Of a stretch of DNA of 64,000 nt, positions 52,165 to 60,883 are shown piece after piece. The first letter of the stretch is position 1. Every line of letters starts with the position of its first letter. The stretch lies in IMG/VR virus record IMGVR_UViG_3300045988_176028; one strand, 5' to 3'. Under the pieces are notes generated by a model that was given only the letters and a program-made list of their open reading frames with translations, made no database searches and was not told where the DNA came from. Source of the stretch: a virus. The position numbers and the translations under genes are program-made.

Positions 52165-53607
52165 ATGTCCCAGAAGGTCGTGATAGAACGAGTGCAGGTG
52201 CGGGGTGCCGCACCATATCTCGGCATGAGTGCGACCCCAGACGGGCAGCAGGCCCCCTTGTATTCGACCAACCCGGACATCGTGATGCGCTGGCTGTGCG
52301 ACGGATGGCGTTGCAGGTACAATCAGCTGCGCTCCCGTCGCACCAAGTGGGACAGGGAATCCCAGACGGCCGTCCCGTTGAACGGGAGGCCGGACATGCG
52401 TTCCGACCGTCAGGTTAGATTGGAATGCTCTTGGCTTGCGGCCATCCCCTCCATGGTGTTGCAATCCCCGAACAGGATAGAGAACACGGACTGGTGGAGT
52501 GCGAACAAGCGTCGTAGGACGTTGAAGAAAAAGCATAGGAATCCGGGCATGATGCCACGGTTCAAATCACGTCATGACGACCTGTATTTCGTCTGCTGGC
52601 ACAATAAGGGCGCGAACGCGAACTACCGGCAGTTGAACCGGAATCACGGCGAGGTCGTCATCACCGGACAGAATCCGGGCGCGTATCGTCTGGACGGGCA
52701 ATCATGCCGTTACAGCATCCATATCCGTGTCCGGGTCAGCCAGCCCGTCCGTGACTATACGAGCGTGGGAGTGAATTGGACTAGACGAACCCTCGTCTTC
52801 ATCAACAATCCGTTGCCGATAAAACGTGAACGCACGGGGGCCATGGTCGGCTTGGACAGGGGTTGCGTCCACACGCTCGCCACGTCCGACAACACTTTCA
52901 TCGACCTTCCCAAGGAACGGTTGAACCGTATCGACAGGGAGATACGCCGCCGCCAGAAAGCACAGGCGAGACGCGTGAGCATGTCCGGCAAAACATTGAA
53001 ACAATACCGTCAGCATGCAAGCCGCACCTATGAGCGCACCGGCAGGGAAATCGGCCGACTGTACGCGAAAGCCCACCGAATCATAGACGATTGGCAACAC
53101 AAGACCACCACCGGTCTCGTCAAACAATACGACCTCATCGTATTGGAAAACCTCAACCTGCAAGACATGAGCCGTAAGGCGAAAGCCAAACCAGACCCGG
53201 AAAGGCCGGGCGCGTACCCGCATAACAGCCAGTCGGCAAAACGTGGACTCAACCGTAGTCTACGTGCGGCAAGCCTTGGCGGAATCGTCGGCAAACTCGA
53301 ATACAAAACACAGTTAACCGGACGAAACCGTCTCATACTCGTCAACCCCGCGTACACAAGCCAGACATGCAGTGAATGCGGTTATTGCGACAGTCGAAAC
53401 CGTGAAAGCCAAGCGGACTTCGAATGCAAGCAATGCCACATGAGCATGAACGCCGACTTGAACGCGGCCAACAACATCCTCAAACGGGGATTGGACCATC
53501 TCATCGGCTTGGACGAAGCCGAGCACGCCGAAACGGAATCAGCCGTCCAACCCGCTTATCGCGGGAAGAACGCTTCCACCATGACGTGCAAAACCTCAAC
53601 ACGATAA
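52165..53607 (+). CDS. tnpB: TnpB (RNA-guided RuvC-like nuclease), second, divergent copy (480 aa)
   Basis: RuvC residues in VGLDRGC, IVLENL and NADLNAANNI. CSECG...CKQC zinc ribbon. All catalytic motifs are intact. Confidence 0.85.
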   Translation: MSQKVVIERVQVRGAAPYLGMSATPDGQQAPLYSTNPDIVMRWLCDGWRCRYNQLRSRRTKWDRESQTAVPLNGRPDMRSDRQVRLECSWLAAIPSMVLQSPNRIENTDWWSANKRRRTLKKKHRNPGMMPRFKSRHDDLYFVCWHNKGANANYRQLNRNHGEVVITGQNPGAYRLDGQSCRYSIHIRVRVSQPVRDYTSVGVNWTRRTLVFINNPLPIKRERTGAMVGLDRGCVHTLATSDNTFIDLPKERLNRIDREIRRRQKAQARRVSMSGKTLKQYRQHASRTYERTGREIGRLYAKAHRIIDDWQHKTTTGLVKQYDLIVLENLNLQDMSRKAKAKPDPERPGAYPHNSQSAKRGLNRSLRAASLGGIVGKLEYKTQLTGRNRLILVNPAYTSQTCSECGYCDSRNRESQADFECKQCHMSMNADLNAANNILKRGLDHLIGLDEAEHAETESAVQPAYRGKNASTMTCKTSTR

Positions 53608-53647
53608 GTGTTGGAATCCCGGTGTTTCAACACCGGGAGGACGTCAA
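53480..53647 (+). ncRNA. Putative omega/reRNA scaffold of the second TnpB element
   Basis: The 3' end of tnpB plus the terminal hairpin CCCGGTGTTTCAACACCGGG, located as in characterised TnpB elements. The 5' extent is unknown. Confidence 0.35.
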
Positions 53648-53952
53648 GGAAGAATCCTCAGATTTTTAGAAAAAGTTCCTTCGGGGGGTTCTATGCCAGC
53701 TTGCTCATACGTGACATCCCCTGCAAGGAACTCAAACAGAAAATCCAAAGCCGCCAGCAGGGCCTCGATAATCACCACGACGGACGGAATGGCCAGAAGC
53801 CCGACCGCATACGTTCCAAATACGAGATGAAGCAACACAATCGCCAGCAACGTGAACACGAACACCGCCAGCAACAGGCTGAAACCCCGATGGAAAGCTT
53901 TCAACAATTCGGCTTCGATTCTACGAAACCTTAATCTCGTTTTCTTCGACAT
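53644..53952 (-). CDS. Small membrane protein (102 aa as read); 3' end probably altered by the TnpB-element insertion
   Basis: Two TM helices. The last codons and the stop lie at or inside the inferred IS right end. A compatible open frame (VMDDARMFAAVLKASRKSGKSKKGDAH*) resumes at the other IS flank (about 52058 down to 51975). Confidence 0.5.
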   Translation of the reverse strand: MSKKTRLRFRRIEAELLKAFHRGFSLLLAVFVFTLLAIVLLHLVFGTYAVGLLAIPSVVVIIEALLAALDFLFEFLAGDVTYEQAGIEPPEGTFSKNLRILP

Positions 53953-54190
53953 GCTTTTCTTGCCTCCAATCGTCCACCGACAGGAGAAACAACGCCAGTG
54001 GAAACACGACTAGAAACAGTATGCCGCATACGACGAAAGGCAAACCCCAATACCAAGAAAATCGTTTCAGCAGAAAAGAGCCGACAAGCCCCAACAGGGA
54101 CACCATTCCGGACAGCAAGTACAAACCCAGACCATACCGGAACATAGCATAGGACGCTCGCTCAAGGAACGTTTCGTTCTCCTCCTTCAT
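53921..54190 (-). CDS. Small membrane protein (89 aa)
   Basis: Start at the ATG at 54190 (MKEENETF), 1 nt after the stop of 54192-54764. Three hydrophobic segments. Confidence 0.5.
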   Translation of the reverse strand: MKEENETFLERASYAMFRYGLGLYLLSGMVSLLGLVGSFLLKRFSWYWGLPFVVCGILFLVVFPLALFLLSVDDWRQEKHVEENEIKVS

Positions 54191-54191
54191 G

Positions 54192-54764
54192 TCAGCGCTC
54201 CTTTCCGGTCGGATTCCACACGCCATCAGACTTGTCCAGTTTCGCAAGACCACGGGCTTGCAGACGGTAGGCGATTCGATTCTGCGATTCGGTCAGCTCC
54301 TTGTCCTGCCAGACGGCGGACAGGACGGTCTGTTCCTCGTCGGTCAGCATGGACTCCAATAGTCGGATTCGACGTTCCAAAGTCTTCTTGGCGCGGGTGT
54401 AACCGGACTTGTGGTCGCAAGCGAGTTCGGCCATGCCCTTCCAGAATCCTCGCATATTCTGCCAGTTGAGCCGGGCGAGCTTCCTCAGCATACGCACTGC
54501 TTCATCATCTGTGTGGAAGTCACAGTAAGGTGGAACAAACGAGTCGAGAGGATAGAGTCCAAGAGGCTCGTAGGGGCTTTCCTCCTTCGCACGGTTCAGA
54601 TACCAAAGGGCTTTCTTCAAGTCTTCCAGACCGTTCTTGCCCTGCCAGCGGTACACGTATTTGATTGCGTTGCCTCCTAGGAACGGGTATCGTGATGTCA
54701 GTTCGATGCACTCGAACGGGCCTGACGTGTAGTGGCTGGGGTGGTTGACGTTATCGTTGCTCAA
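54192..54764 (-). CDS. DUF3310 (SaV-like) domain protein (190 aa)
   Basis: NHPSHYTSGPFECIEL...LGGNAIKYVYRWQGKNGLEDLKKALWYLNR matches the phage-associated DUF3310 signature as I remember it. Confidence 0.65.
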   Translation of the reverse strand: MSNDNVNHPSHYTSGPFECIELTSRYPFLGGNAIKYVYRWQGKNGLEDLKKALWYLNRAKEESPYEPLGLYPLDSFVPPYCDFHTDDEAVRMLRKLARLNWQNMRGFWKGMAELACDHKSGYTRAKKTLERRIRLLESMLTDEEQTVLSAVWQDKELTESQNRIAYRLQARGLAKLDKSDGVWNPTGKER

Positions 54765-54790
54765 ATTTCTCTCCTAAACAGTAGGCTGTA

Positions 54791-54809
54791 TGTGAACGCT
54801 TCCAGTATA
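54791..54809 (-). promoter_or_regulatory. Box promoter variant (TATACTGGAAGCGTTCACA)
   Basis: Lies 40 nt upstream of the ATG at 54764. Confidence 0.65.
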
Positions 54810-54814
54810 GCATA

Positions 54815-55321
54815 CTATTTTCTAACGGGGGCAAGAGCCTTGCGATACGCCTTGGAAAGCTCATCATACGAACGCTTCAAAGACATCGCCTTCCGCTTGT
54901 CGCCATCCAAATCCGTGGAGCAACGCAGATTCTCATATTCCTTCGGCTTCTTGCCTTGCAAAGCAGCCAACGTGTCCAAATCATATGATTCGTCCAACTC
55001 GTTGAACTTGGAAGACACCTGAGCATACAGCCGGAGCGACTTATTATACGATTCCGTCATCCTGCTGACTTGTTGGAAACAGTCGTTCTCCGCCTCAACA
55101 TGGGCACGCTTCGCCTTGCCTTGGGTATCCCACCAATAGTATCCGCCGCCACAACACAAGGACAGGGCGACAAGAACGGACAGTACGGCGGCTATCCTTT
55201 TCTGCACACGCTGTCTCGCCCATTCCTCACCATCCCTCACCCCGGCGGCGATAAGACTATCAAAAGAAGGCGTCTCGCCTATCGTCGTCGGTCGGGCTTG
55301 TCTGTTTGAATGCCTTCCCAA
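54815..55321 (-). CDS. Bitopic membrane protein (168 aa), paralog of the TM/ectodomain part of the 894-aa protein
   Basis: Shares LSLCCGGGYYWW (vs LLCGGGYYAY) and SKAYRKAL (vs DNAYRKAL) with 30286-32970. Confidence 0.6.
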   Translation of the reverse strand: MGRHSNRQARPTTIGETPSFDSLIAAGVRDGEEWARQRVQKRIAAVLSVLVALSLCCGGGYYWWDTQGKAKRAHVEAENDCFQQVSRMTESYNKSLRLYAQVSSKFNELDESYDLDTLAALQGKKPKEYENLRCSTDLDGDKRKAMSLKRSYDELSKAYRKALAPVRK

Positions 55322-55327
55322 TTATGG

Positions 55328-55717
55328 TCAGTCCTTGAAACTTGGGAAAGATAAGTCCAGCCTCGGCTCAAACTCCGAACAATACACGGGAGAGCCTTCA
55401 CAGAGGGCACGGTTGAGGTTTTCAGCGAACTTGTATGCCTGTAGTCTCCGTTCAGGCTCACTGCCTCGCAAGCATTTGCTGGCGGGAGTGTCTTGGAACC
55501 CGTGGGCGTCCTTCTGTGCCTTGGTGAGAAGGTTCTGCAACTGTCCGACGGTCAGCGAAGTGGCCTTCCCCGCTTCCAGTCTTCCGGTCTCACGCAGTTT
55601 TTGGATGGCATACTCGTTGTGGGACAAGTCCAAGCATGTATGCCATTGAGTTTTTCCTTCCGGATTGTCTCCCAGTAGAAGCGTTACCCTTCTGGTGTCC
55701 TCTGCGAGTTCCGACAT
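55328..55717 (-). CDS. Hypothetical protein (129 aa)
   Basis: Start at the internal ATG (MSELAEDTRR). The Arg/His-rich upstream extension overlaps 55735-56004 in another frame. Confidence 0.55.
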   Translation of the reverse strand: MSELAEDTRRVTLLLGDNPEGKTQWHTCLDLSHNEYAIQKLRETGRLEAGKATSLTVGQLQNLLTKAQKDAHGFQDTPASKCLRGSEPERRLQAYKFAENLNRALCEGSPVYCSEFEPRLDLSFPSFKD

Positions 55718-55734
55718 TATGTTTTTGTTTCCTT

Positions 55735-56004
55735 TCAGTTTTTCAGGCCGTAGTAGACGACCCCGTTTGTTTCTTTTGTGCGGTCGAACAGTTCGTGGCC
55801 GCGTTGTGTGGTTTCGATGCTCCTGATTACGACTTCCGGCGCGTCGAAAATGGTCATGGGTTCCTGTCCTGCAAGTTTCGCCCACTGGTTTTGGATGACG
55901 GTGAGCGTGACCCGGCTGTTGGAGTCGAGTTGTCGGCATTGTCGCTCGTGCTGGTGTTTGCGCACGTAGTCGGATGCGACATCGGCCAGTGTGGTTCTAG
56001 GCAT
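55735..56004 (-). CDS. Hypothetical protein (89 aa)
   Basis: Start at MPRTTLADV, downstream of the box at 56029-56047. Confidence 0.55.
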   Translation of the reverse strand: MPRTTLADVASDYVRKHQHERQCRQLDSNSRVTLTVIQNQWAKLAGQEPMTIFDAPEVVIRSIETTQRGHELFDRTKETNGVVYYGLKN

Positions 56005-56028
56005 GTGTTTTCCTTGCTTTTGCTTGAA

Positions 56029-56047
56029 TGTGGTTGATTCCAGTATA
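56029..56047 (-). promoter_or_regulatory. Box promoter variant (TATACTGGAATCAACCACA)
   Basis: TATACTGGAAT core plus CCACA. Oriented into 55735-56004. Confidence 0.55.
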
Positions 56048-56060
56048 ACAAGGAAATGTT

Positions 56061-56363
56061 TCAAATTTGGCTTTTACATAAATTCCGACGCCAACGGGCG
56101 AAATATATCCAAGCCGGAATGTCGGCGGAAACCGCCGCCACACCAATCAAGCCAGTCAGAATAGGTCGGACAATCATATCCTCTGGTTCCGAAACCGGCA
56201 TGAACCAGAGAAGCGGCACCGTTCCAGCCAAGACAACAATACTTACGGCGAGCATGACGAATAGCATGACCTGTTCTATGGGATGTTTGGGTTTATCTGT
56301 TTTAGTCCGCGACCTTTTGATTTTTGGCGGCTTACCGTCATGCTTGCCATGTCTGCCATACAT
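56061..56363 (-). CDS. Small membrane protein (100 aa)
   Basis: Start at MYGRHGKHDGK (AGGGAG SD). Basic N-terminus then 3 TM segments. The ORF-track start overlaps the box at 56482-56500. Confidence 0.5.
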   Translation of the reverse strand: MYGRHGKHDGKPPKIKRSRTKTDKPKHPIEQVMLFVMLAVSIVVLAGTVPLLWFMPVSEPEDMIVRPILTGLIGVAAVSADIPAWIYFARWRRNLCKSQI

Positions 56364-56481
56364 GGTGGTCTCCCTGTTGTCTGGATGGCTGGACGCCATG
56401 CGTGTGATGGACGCGGGGTTGATGACGGTGGTGAGTTCCCCGGTGTCTTCTGATTGTGGTCTCAAAAATACTCCCTCTCTA

Positions 56482-56500
56482 TGTAGATAATCCCAGTATA
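56482..56500 (-). promoter_or_regulatory. Box promoter variant (TATACTGGGATTATCTACA)
   Basis: TATACTGG core. Oriented into 56061-56363. Confidence 0.45.
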
Positions 56501-56611
56501 GTACGTGATAGTACATAGTTTTTTCTCGCGCATCACAAAACGGATAGTCAAAGTCGATAACAGAAAGGAGCGTGTCCAAAAACGCGCTCCTTAAAAACAA
56601 GCCAACAGACA

Positions 56612-57145
56612 CTACCAGTCGACGAGCATGTCGCCGTGGACGATTTCTCTCGCATACTTAATCAGGTCGGCGTCCGATTCGACACTGGGGTCGTCCACCA
56701 GCCTTTTCAGAGTGTGTAACACCGCTTGCTCGTATCCTTCCCAAAACTCTTTCGGAAGATATTTGCTCCAAAAATATTCCCCCATGAAAGCCACGCAGGG
56801 TTTGCACATTCGGACTATTGGAATATGCTCTTTCGGAGCGTTCTCGTCTCCCATGGTGAGGACTTCCAGATAAACGTACTTTTTATCCGCTTTGAAGAAC
56901 AGAATGTTCTCTTTTGCTGGATTAGGGTCGCCTTCCAGTACGAAGTCCGGGTCTCCGAAATGCATCCCGAATACGATTCCAGCATCGTAATTGTTGAGCC
57001 GATTGACGCAATCGCGGAGTGCTGAACTGTTGCATCGACACCAGTTCGGATAATCCGATAACGACACCTCGCATCTGGCACATGCGGGGCATTCTTTTTC
57101 TTCGTTTTCCAATATTATTCCTCTCTTTTTAGATAGCCGTTTCAA
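56612..57145 (-). CDS. Cys-rich hypothetical protein (177 aa)
   Basis: CPACARC...CRC...C plus CKPC motifs. Overlaps the ATP-grasp gene end by 17 nt. Confidence 0.6.
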   Translation of the reverse strand: MKRLSKKRGIILENEEKECPACARCEVSLSDYPNWCRCNSSALRDCVNRLNNYDAGIVFGMHFGDPDFVLEGDPNPAKENILFFKADKKYVYLEVLTMGDENAPKEHIPIVRMCKPCVAFMGEYFWSKYLPKEFWEGYEQAVLHTLKRLVDDPSVESDADLIKYAREIVHGDMLVDW

Positions 57146-58127
57146 GCAGAACCGGGGGAAGACACTGTTTCCAATTGACTCGCAACGCGCTCGTCAAATC
57201 GTTCATGTTCAATGCGAACAGTCCGGAATTCATTAAACCGTTCAATTCCACGATTGACACTTCACCGTTGATAAGACACAGGTCGAGCGTGTACGCGCCG
57301 TAACCGCAGTGGGCGAACATGCGTCCGGCTCGCGTGGCGAACTCACGGTATCGTTCCGCCAAGTCCGGTCTGAGTTCAACGTTCTTAACGGTGGTGTCGT
57401 CACGATGCTTCTGCATTTGATGGTCGAATCTCGTATGCATGTTGTCGATTGGTGTTTTCAACCCGATATTGCCAGCGCCGCAGACAGGCTGGTCGCCAAC
57501 CATGAACATGCGATACTCATATTGGATATCGACATTCTCCTGAATAAGCAGAGCATTCGGGTCATCATCCGCATGAACAAACGCCCAACCTCCCCACTCC
57601 TGCACCTGCTGTTCAAGCTCGTCAAGATTAGTTCCGGAGATTTTCAAATTCGGTAGCAGTTTGGCTTGGTTCATGAATTTGATGAAGAACGACGAGACAC
57701 CGTCACTAATAAGAGAAGCGAACGCATGTTTGATGTCATCCTCGTAGATGGAACTGAGTTTCGTCTTCCGATGCATGAGCATGCGCACGTTGGGATTGAT
57801 GGCGTAACGGTCGGCATGGGACGGGTCTGCATACTGGTCGATTGGCGGCATGTCCAACACTTGTCCGAAGTGCGGTAATCCGATTAGCCTCTTCGAGTCG
57901 AGGTCGGTTTTCCCATGCACTCGGACTATGGCGTCCTCACCTAGATTGCGGACGCCCCAGTAGAGTCGGGAACAGGTTTCAATCCAATCCTCACGGTCTC
58001 CACCTTCCGGCTTGACCTTGCCGACGTACTTTTCCCATATTTGAATGTAATAGTTAGGGATGCCGGTCATGTCGTCAGGGCATTTGACGGGTGGAATGGA
58101 AATGACCCACGGTTTCCTCTTGGTCAA
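57129..58127 (-). CDS. ATP-grasp-like protein (R2K-clade-like, 332 aa)
   Basis: LLIQENVDIQYEYRMFMVGDQPV and YTLDLCLINGEVSIVELNGLMNSG resemble the C-terminal ATP-grasp core. Assignment is from memory only. Confidence 0.5.
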   Translation of the reverse strand: MTKRKPWVISIPPVKCPDDMTGIPNYYIQIWEKYVGKVKPEGGDREDWIETCSRLYWGVRNLGEDAIVRVHGKTDLDSKRLIGLPHFGQVLDMPPIDQYADPSHADRYAINPNVRMLMHRKTKLSSIYEDDIKHAFASLISDGVSSFFIKFMNQAKLLPNLKISGTNLDELEQQVQEWGGWAFVHADDDPNALLIQENVDIQYEYRMFMVGDQPVCGAGNIGLKTPIDNMHTRFDHQMQKHRDDTTVKNVELRPDLAERYREFATRAGRMFAHCGYGAYTLDLCLINGEVSIVELNGLMNSGLFALNMNDLTSALRVNWKQCLPPVLLETAI

Positions 58128-58321
58128 TTTGTGGCTCCTTTTTGATTGTTGTTGGCGTATTCGATTCCAGCCTTGAAAGCTTCCACGGCATAATCGTGGA
58201 GTATTTCAAGCTGTCTGAGACTGAACCCGTCCTCCAAATGCGGGGACAGGTCTGGCAGGTTTTCTTCTATCGCCTCTTCCGACATGTTGGAGATATTCAA
58301 TTCGCCACTTCTTTGTTTCAT
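58124..58321 (-). CDS. Small hypothetical protein (about 65 aa; start uncertain)
   Basis: The ORF-track ATG overlaps the box -10, so the first ATG downstream (58321) is used. The ATG at 58285 is an alternative. Confidence 0.4.
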   Translation of the reverse strand: MKQRSGELNISNMSEEAIEENLPDLSPHLEDGFSLRQLEILHDYAVEAFKAGIEYANNNQKGATN

Positions 58322-58329
58322 CCGGCGTT

Positions 58330-58348
58330 TGTAAACATCCCCAGTATA
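58330..58348 (-). promoter_or_regulatory. Box promoter variant (TATACTGGGGATGTTTACA)
   Basis: TATACTGG-N3-TGTTTACA. Oriented into the 58124-56612 unit. Confidence 0.55.
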
Positions 58349-58378
58349 ACAAGACATGAATGATATGAAAGATGAAAC

Positions 58379-58413
58379 AGGGGTCTGAACACAAAACTAA
58401 GCCCAGACCCCCT
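58379..58413 (-). terminator. Hairpin after the RNA ligase gene
   Basis: 8-9 bp stem GGGGTCTG/CAGACCCC with a 16-nt loop. The sequence after it on the minus strand is T-rich. Confidence 0.4.
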
Positions 58414-58421
58414 ATTCACCA

Positions 58422-59477
58422 TCAAAGACCATGCTTGGTTAGATACTTATTGTTGATGATTTTAAAGCAACGATTACGGCCCAACTCGTTGAATAGTTCA
58501 TCGCTCAACTGTTCATCCTCTTTCGCATGCCAGACGATACCCTCGTCCAACAGGTTCGGAGTCACATTGCCGCGCAAACCGTCCACTTTCGCAATCATGT
58601 CCATCACATCGCCGGTCGGCTTCCACTCGGTCTCATCCAACAGTGGGACGGCGTTGTCAAGCATGGCTTTCGGCCAATCCCTACGGTCGAGTTTCATATT
58701 GTCACGCCATACGGCGAACACGAATGGACGATAGGACGCCAGCTTCAACCTGTTGCCGTTGACACTTGGACCGCACAGCTCGAACTGGCAGACCATGCCT
58801 TTCTCCAACGCGTCAACCAATCCGGTTTTCACCGCCACCTGCATGTTCGTGCATTCCGGCTTCAACTCCCAATTGCGAGAGTAGACGTGAACCATATCAT
58901 CCATATCACGGTAGATTGTGGTGCTGGTACCATCCACCTTCACGGTCGGAGTCCACGCAATCCGCCTGATTTCATCCCAATACGCGGTGAGATTCTGCAC
59001 TCGCGTAGCGTCGGACTTGGAGCATGGCGCGTTGAAAGCGCCAACCATATCCCCGCCTTTCAAAGGCGGTAGTTCCTCGAATTTCCACACGTTCGCCTGC
59101 AAGGTGACGTCGGTGCCGACTGGAGTATCCTCCGGCACGCCAATAGCCGAGAGCGGCATGACCAAACCCTGACTGTATACGCCTCGCAGTCTTGCGGTCT
59201 TCAACACATGTCCGGTGATTTCGCGTCCTTCGCCGGTAATCGTGTTGGACACTGGCACGGTACGCTGCCCACGTTTCTGCAATTCCGCATACCGTGGGTC
59301 GTCGGCGGGCAGCATGGAGTCGATTTCGAAATATGCCACATGGTCGCCGGGCTTTAATCCCATGTCCTTGCCTACTACGACAATCCATCCGCCAATGCGA
59401 GCCTTCTCGATACGGTCTGCGTTCTCGATAGGGTACACTCCCTCAATCTTTTGAACGCTTACCATTTTTCTAACCAT
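58422..59477 (-). CDS. ATP-dependent RNA ligase, DRB0094 (Rnl5)-like
   Basis: N-terminal module VQKIEGVYPIENADRIEKARIGGWIVVVGKDMGLKPGDHVAYFEIDSMLP. Nucleotidyltransferase motif I VKVDGTS. Overall about 350 aa, as in that family. Confidence 0.7.
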   Translation of the reverse strand: MVRKMVSVQKIEGVYPIENADRIEKARIGGWIVVVGKDMGLKPGDHVAYFEIDSMLPADDPRYAELQKRGQRTVPVSNTITGEGREITGHVLKTARLRGVYSQGLVMPLSAIGVPEDTPVGTDVTLQANVWKFEELPPLKGGDMVGAFNAPCSKSDATRVQNLTAYWDEIRRIAWTPTVKVDGTSTTIYRDMDDMVHVYSRNWELKPECTNMQVAVKTGLVDALEKGMVCQFELCGPSVNGNRLKLASYRPFVFAVWRDNMKLDRRDWPKAMLDNAVPLLDETEWKPTGDVMDMIAKVDGLRGNVTPNLLDEGIVWHAKEDEQLSDELFNELGRNRCFKIINNKYLTKHGL

Positions 59478-59538
59478 CAGGTTTTCCTTTCTAACAGTAA
59501 GAGGGGAGAAGATGATATCGGCTCCTCCCCGAAAAATG

Positions 59539-60426
59539 TCAGTCCTTTTCGGACAGTGGAGTCAACCGCAACGGGAATTGTTCCTCCAGTTCGAGGGCGA
59601 TAAGAACCCTCTCGTCCACCGGAACATCATGTGAGGCCAGCTTGTCCAGCAAAGTTGACAGGCTGTAAGGGTCTCCCAGATGATACTGTTTGCCACGATA
59701 CTGTTCCGGCAATGCCACGGGAGTGCGATGCTCCTTGCTCCACGGCTCGCTACGCAGAACATCCAACGTGAGGGGAGTGTTGGATTCTTCCATCTTGCGA
59801 CGCGCGTTCCAATACGTTTCGTCGCACTGGTATCGGCATTCCGGAACATCCACCTCATACTTTCCGTCCTTGTAACGGATGACCGTCACATAGCCGTGAA
59901 TGTGGGAGTCCTCCTCCCATGGCGTGTAGATGAGCGTCTGATAATCCAATTCGTCGTACATTTGGTCGAGGCTGACGTTCAAGTAGACGGATAGAAGCCT
60001 GACGGTGCCGAAGGAAGCGTGTTCGAGCGCATGCTGGTCGTGGCTCCAACGGTTGATATCCTCGATAATCTCGTCCACTGGCTTCAACTGTTCCGGGTCG
60101 AGGTCGCGGATTTCGTCAACGGAATACGAATCGTATTCGTCGCATGCGATTTCCTCGGCAATCTCACGGACGGTCATGCCGCTGGTTGCGAGAATGGTTT
60201 CCAATCCGGACTGCGTGTCATGGCATAGCGGACAACCGCAGTATCGGATATTGCGCAGATTGCGCATCAACTCCGTATAATCCTTGCCTGTCGCATAATG
60301 GGTGCCGTCCGGCATGGCGTATCCGGGCTTCAAATGAGTGCGAAGCCCATCCTTGGTTTCCTGCGGGATGGTGTCGGAAACGTATTTGGCGTTCTCTCCG
60401 ATAATCTGCTTTTCACTGGTGTCCAT
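59539..60426 (-). CDS. Hypothetical protein (295 aa)
   Basis: Long intact ORF. No motif recognised apart from a CGCPLCH cluster. Confidence 0.65.
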   Translation of the reverse strand: MDTSEKQIIGENAKYVSDTIPQETKDGLRTHLKPGYAMPDGTHYATGKDYTELMRNLRNIRYCGCPLCHDTQSGLETILATSGMTVREIAEEIACDEYDSYSVDEIRDLDPEQLKPVDEIIEDINRWSHDQHALEHASFGTVRLLSVYLNVSLDQMYDELDYQTLIYTPWEEDSHIHGYVTVIRYKDGKYEVDVPECRYQCDETYWNARRKMEESNTPLTLDVLRSEPWSKEHRTPVALPEQYRGKQYHLGDPYSLSTLLDKLASHDVPVDERVLIALELEEQFPLRLTPLSEKD

Positions 60427-60434
60427 AAAACGGT

Positions 60435-60707
60435 TCAGCCTTTCTTCTCGCTGGTTTTCTTGGTGGACGTTTTTCGGGTTTTCGGTGGTCTGTGGAATTC
60501 AAGAACGTTTTCCTCATTCAAGGATTTGCGTTGCAAGGTCATGACGGTTTTATGCGTGCGCATGCAATGCTGGCAGATGACCAATGTTCGAGCGTATGAG
60601 CATCGACCGTGACCGCCTGTTTGGACGACGGAGATGATGTACTTGTAGCCGGTGTCCAAGTCGGTGACTCTTCCGCACAACATGCATGTGTATTTGGAAC
60701 AAATCAC
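60435..60707 (-). CDS. Small zinc-ribbon protein with basic tail (90 aa)
   Basis: CMLCG...CQHC pairs. C-terminus KTRKTSTKKTSEKKG. Confidence 0.55.
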   Translation of the reverse strand: MICSKYTCMLCGRVTDLDTGYKYIISVVQTGGHGRCSYARTLVICQHCMRTHKTVMTLQRKSLNEENVLEFHRPPKTRKTSTKKTSEKKG

Positions 60708-60883
60708 GATTCGTTCTCGCCATCTTTATCGAGTTCATTGCGAAGGATTTCCAAAGCCATGTCGATAGCCTCGTCCCAGCCTTTCCGCCATCCGATGACA
60801 AACGCTTCCGCCGGGGCGACTTTACCAAGCTTCGATTGGAGCAATGAGTGTACGGCCCTTTCTTTCAGTTCGTTTTCGTTCAA
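60704..60883 (-). CDS. Small hypothetical protein (about 59 aa, TTG start)
   Basis: The TTG overlaps the upstream TGA (TTGA) with GGAAAGGAG 7 nt upstream. The ORF-track start lies inside the upstream gene. Confidence 0.45.
   Translation of the reverse strand: MNENELKERAVHSLLQSKLGKVAPAEAFVIGWRKGWDEAIDMALEILRNELDKDGENES

Larger units (their letters stand above)
52059..53647 (+). mobile_element. tnpA-less IS200/IS605-family TnpB element (IS1341-like); ends inferred from hairpins
   Basis: Near-identical hairpin-plus-tail at both ends: CCCGGTaTTTCAAtgCCGGGAGGA (52077-52100) and CCCGGTgTTTCAAcaCCGGGAGGA (53618-53641). A single tnpB lies between them. Confidence 0.6.

Noticed and set aside
52702-53223. 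173-aa minus-strand ORF inside the second tnpB.
   Set aside because: It is fully antisense to an intact TnpB gene with all catalytic motifs. It has no SD and an atypical composition.
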